Of a DNA stretch of 64,000 nucleotides, positions 18,708-29,123 are shown piece by piece (the stretch's first letter is position 1; each line of letters opens with the position of its first letter). Both the position numbers and the translations under genes were made by a program. The stretch spans positions 4,192,001 through 4,256,000 of the forward strand of contig OZ271854.1 in assembly GCA_965601925.1 (NCBI GenBank). Reading direction: 5' to 3'. Under the pieces are notes generated by a model that saw only the letters and a program-made list of their open reading frames with translations, was not told the origin of the DNA and did not search any database. This DNA comes from Alkalispirochaeta sp. (lineage in GTDB: Bacteria > Spirochaetota > Spirochaetia > DSM-27196 > Alkalispirochaetaceae).

Positions 18708-19678
18708 CGTACACTTTGTACTAACACCATTGCGACGAGCGCACCCAAAGAAAGTAGCACGAACATGTGATACCGATCGACGGCAACCTGTTCGAACAGA
18801 ACATCTCGTCCCGTTCCGGCGACCTCGCGCAAATCGTCGGCGATCGTCTGAGCGATTCCGCTGTCGCTCACATCGTACAAGCGCCCTCCCGAGGCGTCGA
18901 CCAGACGTTGCATCGTCGCTTCGTCGGAGCGCGCCAACACCGGCTCTCCGGTCTGATCGCGGAGAACATCGCCGTCCCGCGTAGGAATGGTCGCGCCGTC
19001 CCGACTACCGGTTACCACGGCGAATATCGGTACACGCGCCTCCCGCAGCCCATCGAGCTCGCGCTCGACCGCCCCCTGAAGCTCGTCGCCGTCGCTCAGC
19101 AGGAGAATCGCGCGGTGCCGCGGCGTCCCCGGGGGAAATGCGGAGAGGGCGACGGTAACGCCGCTCTCGATACTCGTGCCGCCGCTCGTGATAAGGTTCC
19201 CTGACAAATGGCCGACGGCCAGTTCGAAGGCGACCGGATCCTCGGTCATGGGAACGACCACCGACGCCGCCCCTTTGAAGGCGACGATCGCTTTGTGCGC
19301 CTCCGGAAGACGGTCCGCCACCGCGCGTGCGATCTCGCGGCTTCGTCCCAGCCGTGAGGGAAACACGTCCTGAGCGCTCATGCTGTTTGAGACGTCGACC
19401 AGAAAGACCAAGTCCAGCCCGCGCCGCTCGTCCTCGACCGAAACCTCGCCCCAACGGGGTCCCGAAAAGGCGATGATGAGACTGCCGACCGACGCGGTGA
19501 AAAGCACCGCCGTAACGAAGTTTTTGATAAGTAGCACGTTGAGCACGACCGTCTTGCGGCGCGCTCCTAAAAAGAGCTCTATCGTTCGGCGACTGCGCAT
19601 ATTCGCGAGAAGTAGAAGTACCCCCACGAGCGGTAGGCCCAAAAGCCACCATAGGTATTGAGGGAACAAAAAGCTCAC
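18689..19678 (-). CDS. batB: VWA domain protein (BatB-like)
   Basis: MSFLFPQYLW N-terminal TM, GPRWG, MIDAS DVSNSM, LSDGD. Confidence 0.82.
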   Translation of the reverse strand: MSFLFPQYLWWLLGLPLVGVLLLLANMRSRRTIELFLGARRKTVVLNVLLIKNFVTAVLFTASVGSLIIAFSGPRWGEVSVEDERRGLDLVFLVDVSNSMSAQDVFPSRLGRSREIARAVADRLPEAHKAIVAFKGAASVVVPMTEDPVAFELAVGHLSGNLITSGGTSIESGVTVALSAFPPGTPRHRAILLLSDGDELQGAVERELDGLREARVPIFAVVTGSRDGATIPTRDGDVLRDQTGEPVLARSDEATMQRLVDASGGRLYDVSDSGIAQTIADDLREVAGTGRDVLFEQVAVDRYHMFVLLSLGALVAMVLVQSVRWRNIV

Positions 19679-20676
19679 GGCGCACTTCCCACGACAAGGC
19701 GTCTCAAGAGCACCTCGCAGACGAGCAGGATCGCCGCGATCAAGAGAAATATCCGGTGCTGTGGACGCCGCTGCACTCGCACCTGGACACGTCGCTCGGT
19801 ACTTTCCGCCCTACCGATGGCGTCGAAAACGGTCTGGAGCGTTCCGGCGCTTCCGACGGTGAAGTAGCTTCCCCCCGACAACTCGGCGATACTGCGAAGC
19901 GTCTCCTCATCGTAGCTGTCGCGAACGGTACCGCGGTACAACTGGTCCGTAGTCGGATCGCGGACCTCGATGCGCGCCTCCTGTCCCGAGCCGACACCGA
20001 TCGCGTAGATACGAATGGCCGACTGTCCCGCGACCTCGGCTGCCGACTCGGGCGAGATTTCGCCGGCGTTGTTGACTCCGTCGGTGAGTAAGACGATCAC
20101 CCGCTCCTGGGCGCTACTGCCTCGCAGGTGCAACGCAGCCAGGGCAAGACCCATACCGATGGACGTGCCGTCACCCAACTCCATGAGTTGCATGGCGTCG
20201 AGAGAGCCGAGAAGATGGTCGTAGTTAAGCGTCGGCGGAACCCGCAACACAGCCTCGGCACTGAACCCGACAAGCCCGATATGATCATTCGGTCGCTCCT
20301 CTACAAATCGTCGTATGACCGTCCGAGCACTTTCGAAGCGATTCACGGGGCGAAAATCCTGCGCCCCCATACTTGCGGATTGGTCCAGCACCAACATGAT
20401 GTCGATACCGCGAGTCAGATACACCCGTTCACGCGTCGTTTGGGTCGGCCCCGCGAGAGCTATGATCATGAGAATCCATGCGATCCAAAACAGGAGCGCA
20501 CAAAAACGCAGAAGCAGGCCGCGCACGCTGATCGGCGCGGCAAACCCTTCGCCGGCATATATCGAGAAGGGAACCCCGATACGACCTCCCCGAGTCGGCC
20601 GAACGTGGCGAAGATACATCATGATCGGCAAGAGCCCCAGCAGCAAGAGGAAGCCGGGGCGATCAAGCACCCACAC
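19675..20676 (-). CDS. batA: VWA domain protein (BatA-like)
   Basis: GIDIMLVLDQSASM, DGTSIG, LLTDGVNN, IYAIGVG, DEETLRSIA. Confidence 0.85.
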   Translation of the reverse strand: MWVLDRPGFLLLLGLLPIMMYLRHVRPTRGGRIGVPFSIYAGEGFAAPISVRGLLLRFCALLFWIAWILMIIALAGPTQTTRERVYLTRGIDIMLVLDQSASMGAQDFRPVNRFESARTVIRRFVEERPNDHIGLVGFSAEAVLRVPPTLNYDHLLGSLDAMQLMELGDGTSIGMGLALAALHLRGSSAQERVIVLLTDGVNNAGEISPESAAEVAGQSAIRIYAIGVGSGQEARIEVRDPTTDQLYRGTVRDSYDEETLRSIAELSGGSYFTVGSAGTLQTVFDAIGRAESTERRVQVRVQRRPQHRIFLLIAAILLVCEVLLRRLVVGSAP

Positions 20677-21589
20677 GTTGATCCTCCTTACGCCGCTTGT
20701 GGAGCGTCTGTGAGATTTCTTTTATGTCCGAGAGATGGCGTGTGCGATCATCGACGCTCACGCGCTTGTTGGCAAATTTCACCAAGTCACCGAACCGAAA
20801 CAACTCGATGAGGCGCTCTTTCTCCGCGACGGGGATGCCCGTTCGACTCAGCACGAAGTCGAGCTCGCCGGTTGTCGCCGATTCGATACCGGGGGCCAGA
20901 CGTCCACCGAGGTACGATCGCGTTATGTCCAGCAGACGTATGTAGTAGCGCTTCCCGTCCAACTCGTGCATCTCTACCTGAAGGGATCGCAACCCCTTCT
21001 GGAGTGTACGGTAGGGTCTACTCTCGCGATACCGACGGCGAATCGCAACAAACCATCGACGACTCCACTCCCCGGCGACGAGTACCATCACGGGGATCGC
21101 CAACGCCGCCAGAACGATCAGCGCCGTGAGAAGCTGCGTACCCGGCAGGAGTATCTGGTTGCGAATCGGCTCCAGCTCGAGCTCGCCGTCTTGCCGAAGC
21201 GAACTCACGACGGCGCTTAACGTATCGACGGTGAACCCATCGAGATCGATCGTCGGCAGCTGGCGCGTTCCGACGAAAAAAGGTTGAAACACAACGCGAA
21301 TTTCATATCCACCGGTCCGCGGCGTGACTTGTACCGACCGAAAGTCGACCCACTCGGTATCGGGGAGCTCGGAGGGAATTCGAAAGACGATCTCTTCGGT
21401 AGCGCGCACGACGATCCGCGCCTCGACGATGTCGCCCACATAATACGTTTGAGGGAGAAAGAGCACCTGGGATACCGTCTGAGCCGAAACGGTCGAGCAC
21501 AGGGCGCCGAGCACCACAAAGAAGACGGAGAGACGAGGCGTGCCGGCACCACATCGGGACGCCCCGTGCGCCGAAACGACACAGTTCAC
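20663..21589 (-). CDS. Hypothetical membrane-anchored Bat operon protein
   Basis: Located between DUF58 and batA; single TM followed by RSYL..ATTGEL..DLVKFA; GTG start overlaps the DUF58 stop. Confidence 0.7.
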   Translation of the reverse strand: MNCVVSAHGASRCGAGTPRLSVFFVVLGALCSTVSAQTVSQVLFLPQTYYVGDIVEARIVVRATEEIVFRIPSELPDTEWVDFRSVQVTPRTGGYEIRVVFQPFFVGTRQLPTIDLDGFTVDTLSAVVSSLRQDGELELEPIRNQILLPGTQLLTALIVLAALAIPVMVLVAGEWSRRWFVAIRRRYRESRPYRTLQKGLRSLQVEMHELDGKRYYIRLLDITRSYLGGRLAPGIESATTGELDFVLSRTGIPVAEKERLIELFRFGDLVKFANKRVSVDDRTRHLSDIKEISQTLHKRRKEDQRVGA

Positions 21590-22482
21590 CGTCGACTCCT
21601 CCGTCGAAAGAAGACGATCAACCGTTCGGCGACTTGATCGACGGTACGAATTTCCAACGCCGAGATACCGAAACGGCGACACTCTCGGAGCCATTGGCGT
21701 CGCTGCTGTTCCCAGAACTGTTCGAAGGCGAAGCGAAATCGGCGCGATCGACCGTTCAAAAAGAGCGAACGTCCCGTTTCGGGGTCGGTAGCGTGGAGCA
21801 CCGGAAAATGTGGAAGCTCATCATGAATCGGGTCGGCGATGCGGATGGCGATGACGTCGTGCCGCTTGGCAACTAAGGCGAGTTCTCGTTGATAGTCGCC
21901 GGTTTGAAAGTCCGATATCACCACCACGACACCGCGTCGTTTGAGCGACTCGCTCACCGTTCGCAGCGCGAGAGCGAGGTCGCTGCCGCTACCGGACTTC
22001 CGCGTTGCCACGATCTCCTGCAACAGGCGCATCGCATGGGCGCGTCCCTTTGCCGGCGGCACCCATCCTTCGATCCGATCGGTGAACAGAGCGCCCCCGA
22101 CTTTGTCATTATTCTGTACCGCCGCGAGGGTCAAAAGCGCCGATGCAATGAGGGCAACCTCTTTCATGGATCGCTCCCCGGAGCCGAACTCCAATGAGGC
22201 CGAGAGATCGACGACCAGAAAGAGGGTCATCTCCCGCTCTTCCCGGAAGGTCTTCGTGTAGACCGATCCGAATCGCGAACTGACATTCCAATCGATGAGT
22301 CGCGTATCGTCACCCTCGACATACTCCCGCACCTCGTCAAACTCGATACCCGGCCCCTTGAATACCGAACGATAGTTCCCCGCGAAAAGACTATCGACCA
22401 AACGCTCGGCAATAACCTGGAGTTGTCTCAAGCGTCCCGGCGACGGGAGCTCTTTGAGAGGGTCGGACGGGTGATGCGCCAT
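21586..22482 (-). CDS. DUF58 domain protein
   Basis: G.Y.S.FKG.GIEFDEVREY..GDD.R.IDWNVS, EERE, DLSAS, ISDF. Confidence 0.92.
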   Translation of the reverse strand: MAHHPSDPLKELPSPGRLRQLQVIAERLVDSLFAGNYRSVFKGPGIEFDEVREYVEGDDTRLIDWNVSSRFGSVYTKTFREEREMTLFLVVDLSASLEFGSGERSMKEVALIASALLTLAAVQNNDKVGGALFTDRIEGWVPPAKGRAHAMRLLQEIVATRKSGSGSDLALALRTVSESLKRRGVVVVISDFQTGDYQRELALVAKRHDVIAIRIADPIHDELPHFPVLHATDPETGRSLFLNGRSRRFRFAFEQFWEQQRRQWLRECRRFGISALEIRTVDQVAERLIVFFRRRSRR

Positions 22483-22486
22483 CGAA

Positions 22487-23482
22487 TTACGGAACCGGGA
22501 CGGTAGACAAGAACATATCTACGACGTCGTCGCTGGAGAGTTCCTCGCTATCGGCCTCGTAGGAGAGGACGACGCGGTGGCGCAACACGTCGAGGGCGAC
22601 GGCCTTCACATCTTCCGGTATCACGTAGGTTCGCCCATCGAAGACCGCACGCACCTTGGCGCAACGGTACAGATAGATGCTGGCCCTCGGCGAGGCGCCG
22701 AACTCGATGTACCGCAACGGCCCCATGCGTCCGTTGTCTCGGTCGCCGCGCGTTGAGGTCACGATACGCACCATATAGTCGGCGATCCGATCGTCAACGG
22801 TTACCTGGGAGACGATCTCTCGAAGTTTCTTGATGTCGGTCTTGAAGATTGTGCGCTGCAACTCGATCGTCGTCGGAACGCCCACCCGGCGCAGAATCTC
22901 GTGCTCTTCCTCGACGGTGGGATAGTCGACGAACAGTTTCAACATGAATCGATCGAGCTGCGCTTCGGGCAACGGATAGGTACCTTCCTGCTCTATCGGG
23001 TTCTGTGTCGCCAATACGAAAAACGGATCGGGGAGCGAATAGGTGGTATCTCCGATCGTCACCTGGCGCTCCTCCATCGCCTCCAGAAGGGCGCTCTGTA
23101 CCTTTGCGGGGGCGCGATTAATCTCGTCGGCGAGAATGATGTTGGCGAAAACCGGCCCTTTACGAGGTACAAACTCCCCGGTTTGCTGGCGATAGACCAT
23201 CGTGCCGACGAGGTCGGCGGGCAGCAAATCGGGGGTGAACTGGATACGATGAAAGACGGCGTCCAAAACCTCGGACAGGGATTTCACGGTAAGCGTCTTG
23301 GCGAGACCCGGCACGCCTTCGAGCAACACGTGACCGCCCACGAGGATGCCCGTTAAGAGACCGTCGACCATTTCGGCTTGCCCCACGATCCGCCTACTCA
23401 ACTCTTGTCGTACTTTCTCGATCATATGTTGGGCACGCGTAATCTGCACCTCGAGCGCGCCGTTTTGTTCAGTTCGTTGCAT
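22487..23482 (-). CDS. moxR: MoxR family AAA+ ATPase
   Basis: GHVLLEGVPGLAKT, RIQFTPDLLPADL, LADEINRAPAKVQSALLEAM, ATQNPIEQEGTYPLPEAQLDRF, GASPR; start ATG 23482. Confidence 0.95.
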   Translation of the reverse strand: MQRTEQNGALEVQITRAQHMIEKVRQELSRRIVGQAEMVDGLLTGILVGGHVLLEGVPGLAKTLTVKSLSEVLDAVFHRIQFTPDLLPADLVGTMVYRQQTGEFVPRKGPVFANIILADEINRAPAKVQSALLEAMEERQVTIGDTTYSLPDPFFVLATQNPIEQEGTYPLPEAQLDRFMLKLFVDYPTVEEEHEILRRVGVPTTIELQRTIFKTDIKKLREIVSQVTVDDRIADYMVRIVTSTRGDRDNGRMGPLRYIEFGASPRASIYLYRCAKVRAVFDGRTYVIPEDVKAVALDVLRHRVVLSYEADSEELSSDDVVDMFLSTVPVP

Positions 23483-23504
23483 GAGGGTCCCTCCCATTGA
23501 GCCC

Positions 23505-24800
23505 TTAGGTGCGGTAATCCGCGTTCTCCTTGACATACTCGTAGCTCAGATCGCTCCCGATTGCGACTACCTCGCCGCTATCCGGCGCACCGGGCGCGGA
23601 AAAATCGATGACGATCGACACCGACTCCCGATGCTGCGGATACCCCCGTGTCGCTGGACCCATAGCGCAGGCGCGTAACCGCGCGGCGAGGTTCCGTTCT
23701 ACCCCTTCATCGAGTCGAAAGGCGCCGTCGGAGAAGACCTCCGTGTCGGCGATGGAGATCCGTAAATGCCGTATATCTACCCGTCGATCGTCGTCCCAAA
23801 GATCCAGGGCATCTCCGACCGCAGCCAGAATACGCCCGACGTTGGGGTCGTTGCCGAATATGGCGGTCTTTACCAATGGGGCGTCGACGACATGTTTGGC
23901 GATCTTGAGAGCTCGATCGCGCTCCTCGACTCCTCGGACGGTGGCCTCGATGACGTGAGAGGTCCCCTCGCCGTTACGCACGATATCACGCGCGAGCTCA
24001 TCGCACACAGGCCAGAGGAGATCCTCGAGTTCGGCCTCGCTTACGGCAATATCGGACGCGCCGTTCGCCGAGAGCAGTACCATGTCGCTCGTACTCTGGT
24101 CGCCGTCTACGGAAATCGTGTTGAATGTACCGTCCACGACACGACGGAACACCGTGTCGAGCATCGCCCCTTCAACGCGCCCGTCGAACATTACGAAACC
24201 CAACATGGTCGCCAAATGGGGTTCGATCATGCCGGCGCCCTTGGCGACACCAAGCAAGGTCGCCCCCTTCCGGCTTCGCCGCCACGCCGCCTTCGGATAC
24301 CGATCGGTCGTCATGATCGCCTCGGCAAACTCGACCGGGCCGACCTCGCTTTCTGCGAGACGCGATACTCCCTCGCGAATCGACGCCACCGGTAACCGCC
24401 AGCCGATGACGCCTGTACTGATCGACAAAGCGTGCTCCTCGGGTATATCGAAAAGGCGCGAACTCTCTCGAGCCAACAGACGCGCATCGTCAAGGCCGCC
24501 CGGTGCGGCGACGTTGGCGACCCTATTGTTCACGAGGATGGAGCGGATCGTTCCACCGGGAAGCCGCTCCCGGGCGAGCTCAACCGGTGCGCCACAGAAG
24601 CGATTGCGTGTGGCGACGCCTACGGTGCGAGTATACTCGGGCTCACTTACGGCGAGGGATACGTTCATGCGCGATCGATCGCGACTCGTCCGCTCTACAG
24701 GCACGAACTCGATCGATGTAGCAAAAAATCGAAAACCCTTCGGCGACGGCGCTTCCCGTTGTAGAAAAATCCGGTACTCCTCGGCGTTGCGGAACGTCAC
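23505..24800 (-). CDS. argJ: Bifunctional ornithine acetyltransferase/N-acetylglutamate synthase
   Basis: PKGF, STGVIG, AIMTTD, AKGAGMIEPHLATML (autocleavage site), VDGDQSTSD, NGEG, KTAIFGNDPNVGR, DLSYEYVKENADYRT; start approximate (GTG 24800). Confidence 0.9.
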   Translation of the reverse strand: MTFRNAEEYRIFLQREAPSPKGFRFFATSIEFVPVERTSRDRSRMNVSLAVSEPEYTRTVGVATRNRFCGAPVELARERLPGGTIRSILVNNRVANVAAPGGLDDARLLARESSRLFDIPEEHALSISTGVIGWRLPVASIREGVSRLAESEVGPVEFAEAIMTTDRYPKAAWRRSRKGATLLGVAKGAGMIEPHLATMLGFVMFDGRVEGAMLDTVFRRVVDGTFNTISVDGDQSTSDMVLLSANGASDIAVSEAELEDLLWPVCDELARDIVRNGEGTSHVIEATVRGVEERDRALKIAKHVVDAPLVKTAIFGNDPNVGRILAAVGDALDLWDDDRRVDIRHLRISIADTEVFSDGAFRLDEGVERNLAARLRACAMGPATRGYPQHRESVSIVIDFSAPGAPDSGEVVAIGSDLSYEYVKENADYRT

Positions 24801-24864
24801 GGCAGAACTGTACCGACGCTCCCGCGCTTGTGCAAGAGAGCGGGCGAACGCTACCCTTGAAATT

Positions 24865-25596
24865 GTGAAACCTCTGGATGCAATGCTTTCCCTCACCGAC
24901 GAATACGGTCCCGCGTTTGATACACTTGTATTCGCGGCGCCGGTCGCGTACGTGTACAACCCCCTCGCCTACGCCCGCCGGGCGTGGAAGCGATACATCG
25001 AGCGTTACGGTAATACTGGAAAGCGGACTCTCTTTTTGGGCATGAACCCCGGGCCGTGGGGGATGTCGCAGACCGGTATTCCCTTCGGTGAAATCGAGGC
25101 CGTACGGGGTTGGATGGGCATTGAGGAACCGATAGATCGTCCGGCCGACGAGCACCCCAAGCGGCCGATTCAGGGCTTCGCGTGCCGCCGCAGCGAGGTA
25201 AGCGGACGACGCCTGTGGGGGCTGTTCGCCGAGGAGTTCGAAACTCCCGAACGTTTCTTTCGGGACCACTTGGTCATAAACTACTGTCCCCTTGCCTTCA
25301 TGGCCGAGTCCGGACGCAATATCACACCGGACAAACTACCGGCGTCGGAACGAGCGCCCCTCTTTTCTCTATGCGATGCAATGCTCGCCGAAACCATTCG
25401 AGCGTACCGCCCCCGCTACCTCGTCGGCGTCGGGCAATTTGCCCGCCGCCGATTCGAAGCTGTCGCGGGCGCGGACGCGTCGGTAACGATAGCGCACGTA
25501 CTGCACCCCAGTCCGGCTTCCCCGGCGGCCAACAGCGGCTGGGCCGAGCGTGCGCGTCGGGAGCTCCGCTCCCGGGGAGTATGGGCCGAACGGTAG
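24865..25596 (+). CDS. SMUG1-like (family 3) uracil-DNA glycosylase
   Basis: YVYNPLAYA, FLGMNPGPWGMSQTGIPFGE, SEVSGRRLW, NYCPLAF, RNITPDKL, HPSPASP. Confidence 0.9.
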   Translation: MKPLDAMLSLTDEYGPAFDTLVFAAPVAYVYNPLAYARRAWKRYIERYGNTGKRTLFLGMNPGPWGMSQTGIPFGEIEAVRGWMGIEEPIDRPADEHPKRPIQGFACRRSEVSGRRLWGLFAEEFETPERFFRDHLVINYCPLAFMAESGRNITPDKLPASERAPLFSLCDAMLAETIRAYRPRYLVGVGQFARRRFEAVAGADASVTIAHVLHPSPASPAANSGWAERARRELRSRGVWAER

Positions 25597-25603
25597 CGCT
25601 CCA

Positions 25604-26728
25604 CTACTCGGTCTCACCGCGCATCCCCAGTTGCAGCACCACCGGTAGATGGTCGGAGACACCACCGTCCTCCCAACTCAACGGACGTCCCGACGAGTCG
25701 ACGAGTAGATCCGACATCGCTGCGGTAAACTCAATAAAATAGAGCCAATCGCCGTCGACGGCCGCCCGATTGGCGAATACGTGGTCTATCCGCTCCCAGC
25801 GATCGCCGTACCAGTACGACCCCTCGGCGGCCGAAGCGGCCCACGGGTCGTACAAAACGACCGTCTCCAGCCGTTGCTCCCGCTCCGAGAGACGCGCCGC
25901 GTCGGTCTCAAGGACGAGACACCGGAGTATACGATCGGCGGCGGGCATATGGCGCTCCGGCTCAAACCACTCGGGTGCCGTCGTCGGCTCCGATATCCAT
26001 TCCACAAGGTGCTCCGCGTGCAGTAGTGCCGTCGGGTACGCGTGATCAAGATACTCGGTCTCTCGCGGCCGTACGTTAAGATCGCCGGCGATGAGAATCG
26101 GGAGCCCCGGTTCTCTCGAGGCGATCTCATCAAGGCGTGTCTGCAGGAGTGCGGCGGCGGCGCGACGGAGCGATTCGGTCGCCGCTGCGCCGCCCCGTTT
26201 ACTCTTCCAGTGGTTGGCAAAGACGACCAAATCGGTATGGGTAAGGCGGACTCGCGCTTCAAGGATCGGACGCAGAGGCGGATACTCCCCGGAACGGGGT
26301 AGAAGAGAACGCACCTCCCGAATCGGAAAACGCGAGGCTATTGCGACCCCGGTGGCGTTCAGCGGCCCAGAACCGAAGGCGCGATACGGCAGAGAGAAGT
26401 CGGGTACGTGTTCGTCGAGAAGGCGATGCAGGAGTTCGTCGTTCTCGATCTCCGAAACGACGAGGACGTCGGGCTGCGGTTTGAGATCGCGCAACGCGGC
26501 ACCGAGTGCATACAGCCGATCATCGACGTCGTGATCGTCCCATCCCGACTCGGGAAGGAACTCTGTGTACTCGGTCCCTTGGACGGTCGCATCGAAGAGG
26601 TTCTCGACGTTGTACGCCACCACCGTAAGGCGTCCGTCGTCCGGAATAAATACGGTACATGCGCCGAGGCACAAGCACGCCGATACGGCCCACAACAACC
26701 ATCGCGGAAACGAAATGTGTGAGTTCAC
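25604..26728 (-). CDS. Endonuclease/exonuclease/phosphatase family lipoprotein
   Basis: LGAC lipobox, YNVENLFD, EIEN, NHWKSK, GDLN, IDH, SDHLPV. Confidence 0.88.
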   Translation of the reverse strand: MNSHISFPRWLLWAVSACLCLGACTVFIPDDGRLTVVAYNVENLFDATVQGTEYTEFLPESGWDDHDVDDRLYALGAALRDLKPQPDVLVVSEIENDELLHRLLDEHVPDFSLPYRAFGSGPLNATGVAIASRFPIREVRSLLPRSGEYPPLRPILEARVRLTHTDLVVFANHWKSKRGGAAATESLRRAAAALLQTRLDEIASREPGLPILIAGDLNVRPRETEYLDHAYPTALLHAEHLVEWISEPTTAPEWFEPERHMPAADRILRCLVLETDAARLSEREQRLETVVLYDPWAASAAEGSYWYGDRWERIDHVFANRAAVDGDWLYFIEFTAAMSDLLVDSSGRPLSWEDGGVSDHLPVVLQLGMRGETE

Positions 26729-26817
26729 AATGGAGTATTACGGTGAAAGGGGCGACGGCGCCTTTTCAAGGAGAGACGAGACGCCCGACGTCGCCGAGCG
26801 TCCCGCACACCGATCGT

Positions 26818-27420
26818 CTACATGTCCGATCGGTGTGTGACGATTCTGGCAATGAGGCCGTAGTCGACCGCCTCGCTTGCGCTCATCCAGTAGTCGCGAT
26901 CAGTGTCCCGCTCCACTTGGTCCAGCGGTTTGCCGGTCTCTTCGGCGATGAGGGTATTGATACGAGTGCGCATCTTCTCTATCTCCCGGGCGTGGATCTC
27001 AATCTCCGTCGCCACCCCTCTGATACCGGACAACGGCTGGTGAATGAGATAGTGGGAGTTGGGAAAGGCGAGTCGACGATCCTTCTCGCCGGCGAGGAGA
27101 ATAAGCGCACCGGCGCTCGCCACCAATCCTATTCCGACGGTAAACACGTCGGGCTTCACGAAGCGAATCGTGTCGAAGATAGCAAAACCTGCATCGGCAT
27201 CTCCACCGGGGGAGTCGATGAATACGCGAATCGGTTCGTCGCTCTCCTGCTCTAGAATGAGCAACTGTCGAACCACCCGCTCGGCAAGTTCCTTATTGAT
27301 CTCTCCCGATATGAGAACCGTCCTCGTTTTGAGCATCTTGTCGAGAAACGGAGGCTGCTCATTCTTTTTTTCTTCTTCCTGTTCCTCTTCGTCCTGATAC
27401 CGTGTGTTGTATGTATGCAT
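26818..27420 (-). CDS. clpP: ATP-dependent Clp protease proteolytic subunit
   Basis: IDSPGG, GLVASAG (Ser), HQPL (His), DTDRDYWMSA.EA.DYGLI. Confidence 0.93.
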   Translation of the reverse strand: MHTYNTRYQDEEEQEEEKKNEQPPFLDKMLKTRTVLISGEINKELAERVVRQLLILEQESDEPIRVFIDSPGGDADAGFAIFDTIRFVKPDVFTVGIGLVASAGALILLAGEKDRRLAFPNSHYLIHQPLSGIRGVATEIEIHAREIEKMRTRINTLIAEETGKPLDQVERDTDRDYWMSASEAVDYGLIARIVTHRSDM

Positions 27421-27485
27421 CGTGTTCTCCGTACTGTTAGGGTCGTTGCCTTTGGTGGCAGAATATACTATCAAGTTCATATAAC

Positions 27486-28391
27486 ATGCAAAGCACCGAC
27501 ATCCGCAGCGGGTTTGCGATACTCCTCGGTCGACCGTCGGCCGGAAAATCGAGTCTCATCAACGCGATGTGCGGCAACAAAGTTTCGATCGTCTCTCCGG
27601 TACCGCAAACGACGCGCAACACGATACGCGGCATCTACAACGATAGCCGCGGACAGATCGTCATTCTCGATACGCCGGGAATGCATCTCTCGGAGAAGAA
27701 ACTCAACCTCAGACTACGAGACGTCGTGCTCGAAAACCTGCCAGAGGCGGAGGTCGTCGTCTATGCTATCGACGCGACGCGTTTACCCGGGGAGGAGGAG
27801 CGCGACCTCGTCGAGATCGTTCGGAGCCTGTCGGTTCCGGTGATCGTGGGTATCACGAAGTGCGACGCCCCCGACGCGCGCCCCGCGAAAATTATCGCCT
27901 TTCTCGCCGACGAGAAACTCGCCGACCTCCCGGTGTACGAGCTCGGGGGCCTGGGCCGGGACGCCCGTGAGGCTCCGCGTGGCGTACCCGAACTCCTCGA
28001 GGCGATCTTCGCCGTCCTGCCGATATCGCCGCCGTGGTATCCCGAAGAGTTCTATACCGATCAGGAACCGAGCTTTCGTATCGCCGAGATCGTACGCGAA
28101 CAGGCGATTATACGGACGCGCCAGGAGGTGCCGCACGCGCTGTACGTCGAGGTCGCGGACTTGGAAAAACGGGGCGGCACACTATGGGCACGCACGTTCC
28201 TATACGTCGATCGAACCTCGCAACAGGGAATCCTCGTCGGCAAGGGCGGCGCCACGATTACCGCGATTCGCCGCGATGCGGAGCGGATTCTCGCGGGTAT
28301 CTTTCCCGACCCCGTACGTCTATCGCTCCAGGTGAAGGTGCGCCCCCGATGGCGGCGCGACGATCGTATCCTCAAGCGCCTCATACATTGA
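27486..28391 (+). CDS. era: GTPase Era
   Basis: GRPSAGKS, KVSIVS..PQTTR, DTPG, IAEIVRE, EVPH, GILVGKGG KH domain. Confidence 0.95.
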   Translation: MQSTDIRSGFAILLGRPSAGKSSLINAMCGNKVSIVSPVPQTTRNTIRGIYNDSRGQIVILDTPGMHLSEKKLNLRLRDVVLENLPEAEVVVYAIDATRLPGEEERDLVEIVRSLSVPVIVGITKCDAPDARPAKIIAFLADEKLADLPVYELGGLGRDAREAPRGVPELLEAIFAVLPISPPWYPEEFYTDQEPSFRIAEIVREQAIIRTRQEVPHALYVEVADLEKRGGTLWARTFLYVDRTSQQGILVGKGGATITAIRRDAERILAGIFPDPVRLSLQVKVRPRWRRDDRILKRLIH

Positions 28392-28409
28392 CGCGCCGCC
28401 GGCATATCG

Positions 28410-29123
28410 TCAGCCGACGGTAACCTGCTCAACCGTGCCGTCGGAGCGGCCGACCCATATCTCGGCCTCGGCGCGAGAGAAGATGCCGTTTTCCAACACA
28501 CCGGGAATACGGTTTATCTCCGTCTCCAGAGCCGCCGCGTCAAACGCCCTTCCGTCGAAGTGAATATCGAGAATCAGATTTCCGTTGTCGGTGACGACCG
28601 GTCCGGCCTTTTTGGCCGCCATGCGTAGTACGGGCCGCGTCTCCAGTTCGGTAAGGGCGCGAGAAGCGGGAACCAAGGCGCCGGGAATCACCTCAACCGG
28701 CACCGGATAGACCGAGCCGAGTTGCCGCGAGAGTTTGGACTCGTCGACCACAACGTACAGCCGTGCCGCATTGTACTCGGCAAGCTTCTCGAGTGTGAGC
28801 GCGCCGCCGCCGCCCTTGATCAAGAACCCGGTTCGCGTGTCGACCTCGTCGGCACCGTCAATTGCGACGTCGAGCGCTCCGTCGATCTCCGTATCGTTGA
28901 GCGTACGCAGGGGTATCCCCAGACGCTGCGCCTCGATCGCACTCTCGAAGCTCGTCGCCACGGCGATAATGTCGTGTATCTCTCCGGAGACGAGACGCGC
29001 TCCGATTCTCCGTACCGCGTGAATCGCCGTACTCCCGGTTCCGAGCACCACCTTCATACCCGATCTCACCACTCGGTCGCACACGTACTCCGCCACCGCG
29101 CGTTTTACATCCGCTGTGTCCAC
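28410..29123 (-). CDS. rpiA: Ribose-5-phosphate isomerase A
   Basis: LGTGST, DVAIDGADEVD, IKGGGGAL..EK, TDNGNLILD, PGVLENGIF; start GTG 29123. Confidence 0.95.
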   Translation of the reverse strand: MDTADVKRAVAEYVCDRVVRSGMKVVLGTGSTAIHAVRRIGARLVSGEIHDIIAVATSFESAIEAQRLGIPLRTLNDTEIDGALDVAIDGADEVDTRTGFLIKGGGGALTLEKLAEYNAARLYVVVDESKLSRQLGSVYPVPVEVIPGALVPASRALTELETRPVLRMAAKKAGPVVTDNGNLILDIHFDGRAFDAAALETEINRIPGVLENGIFSRAEAEIWVGRSDGTVEQVTVG

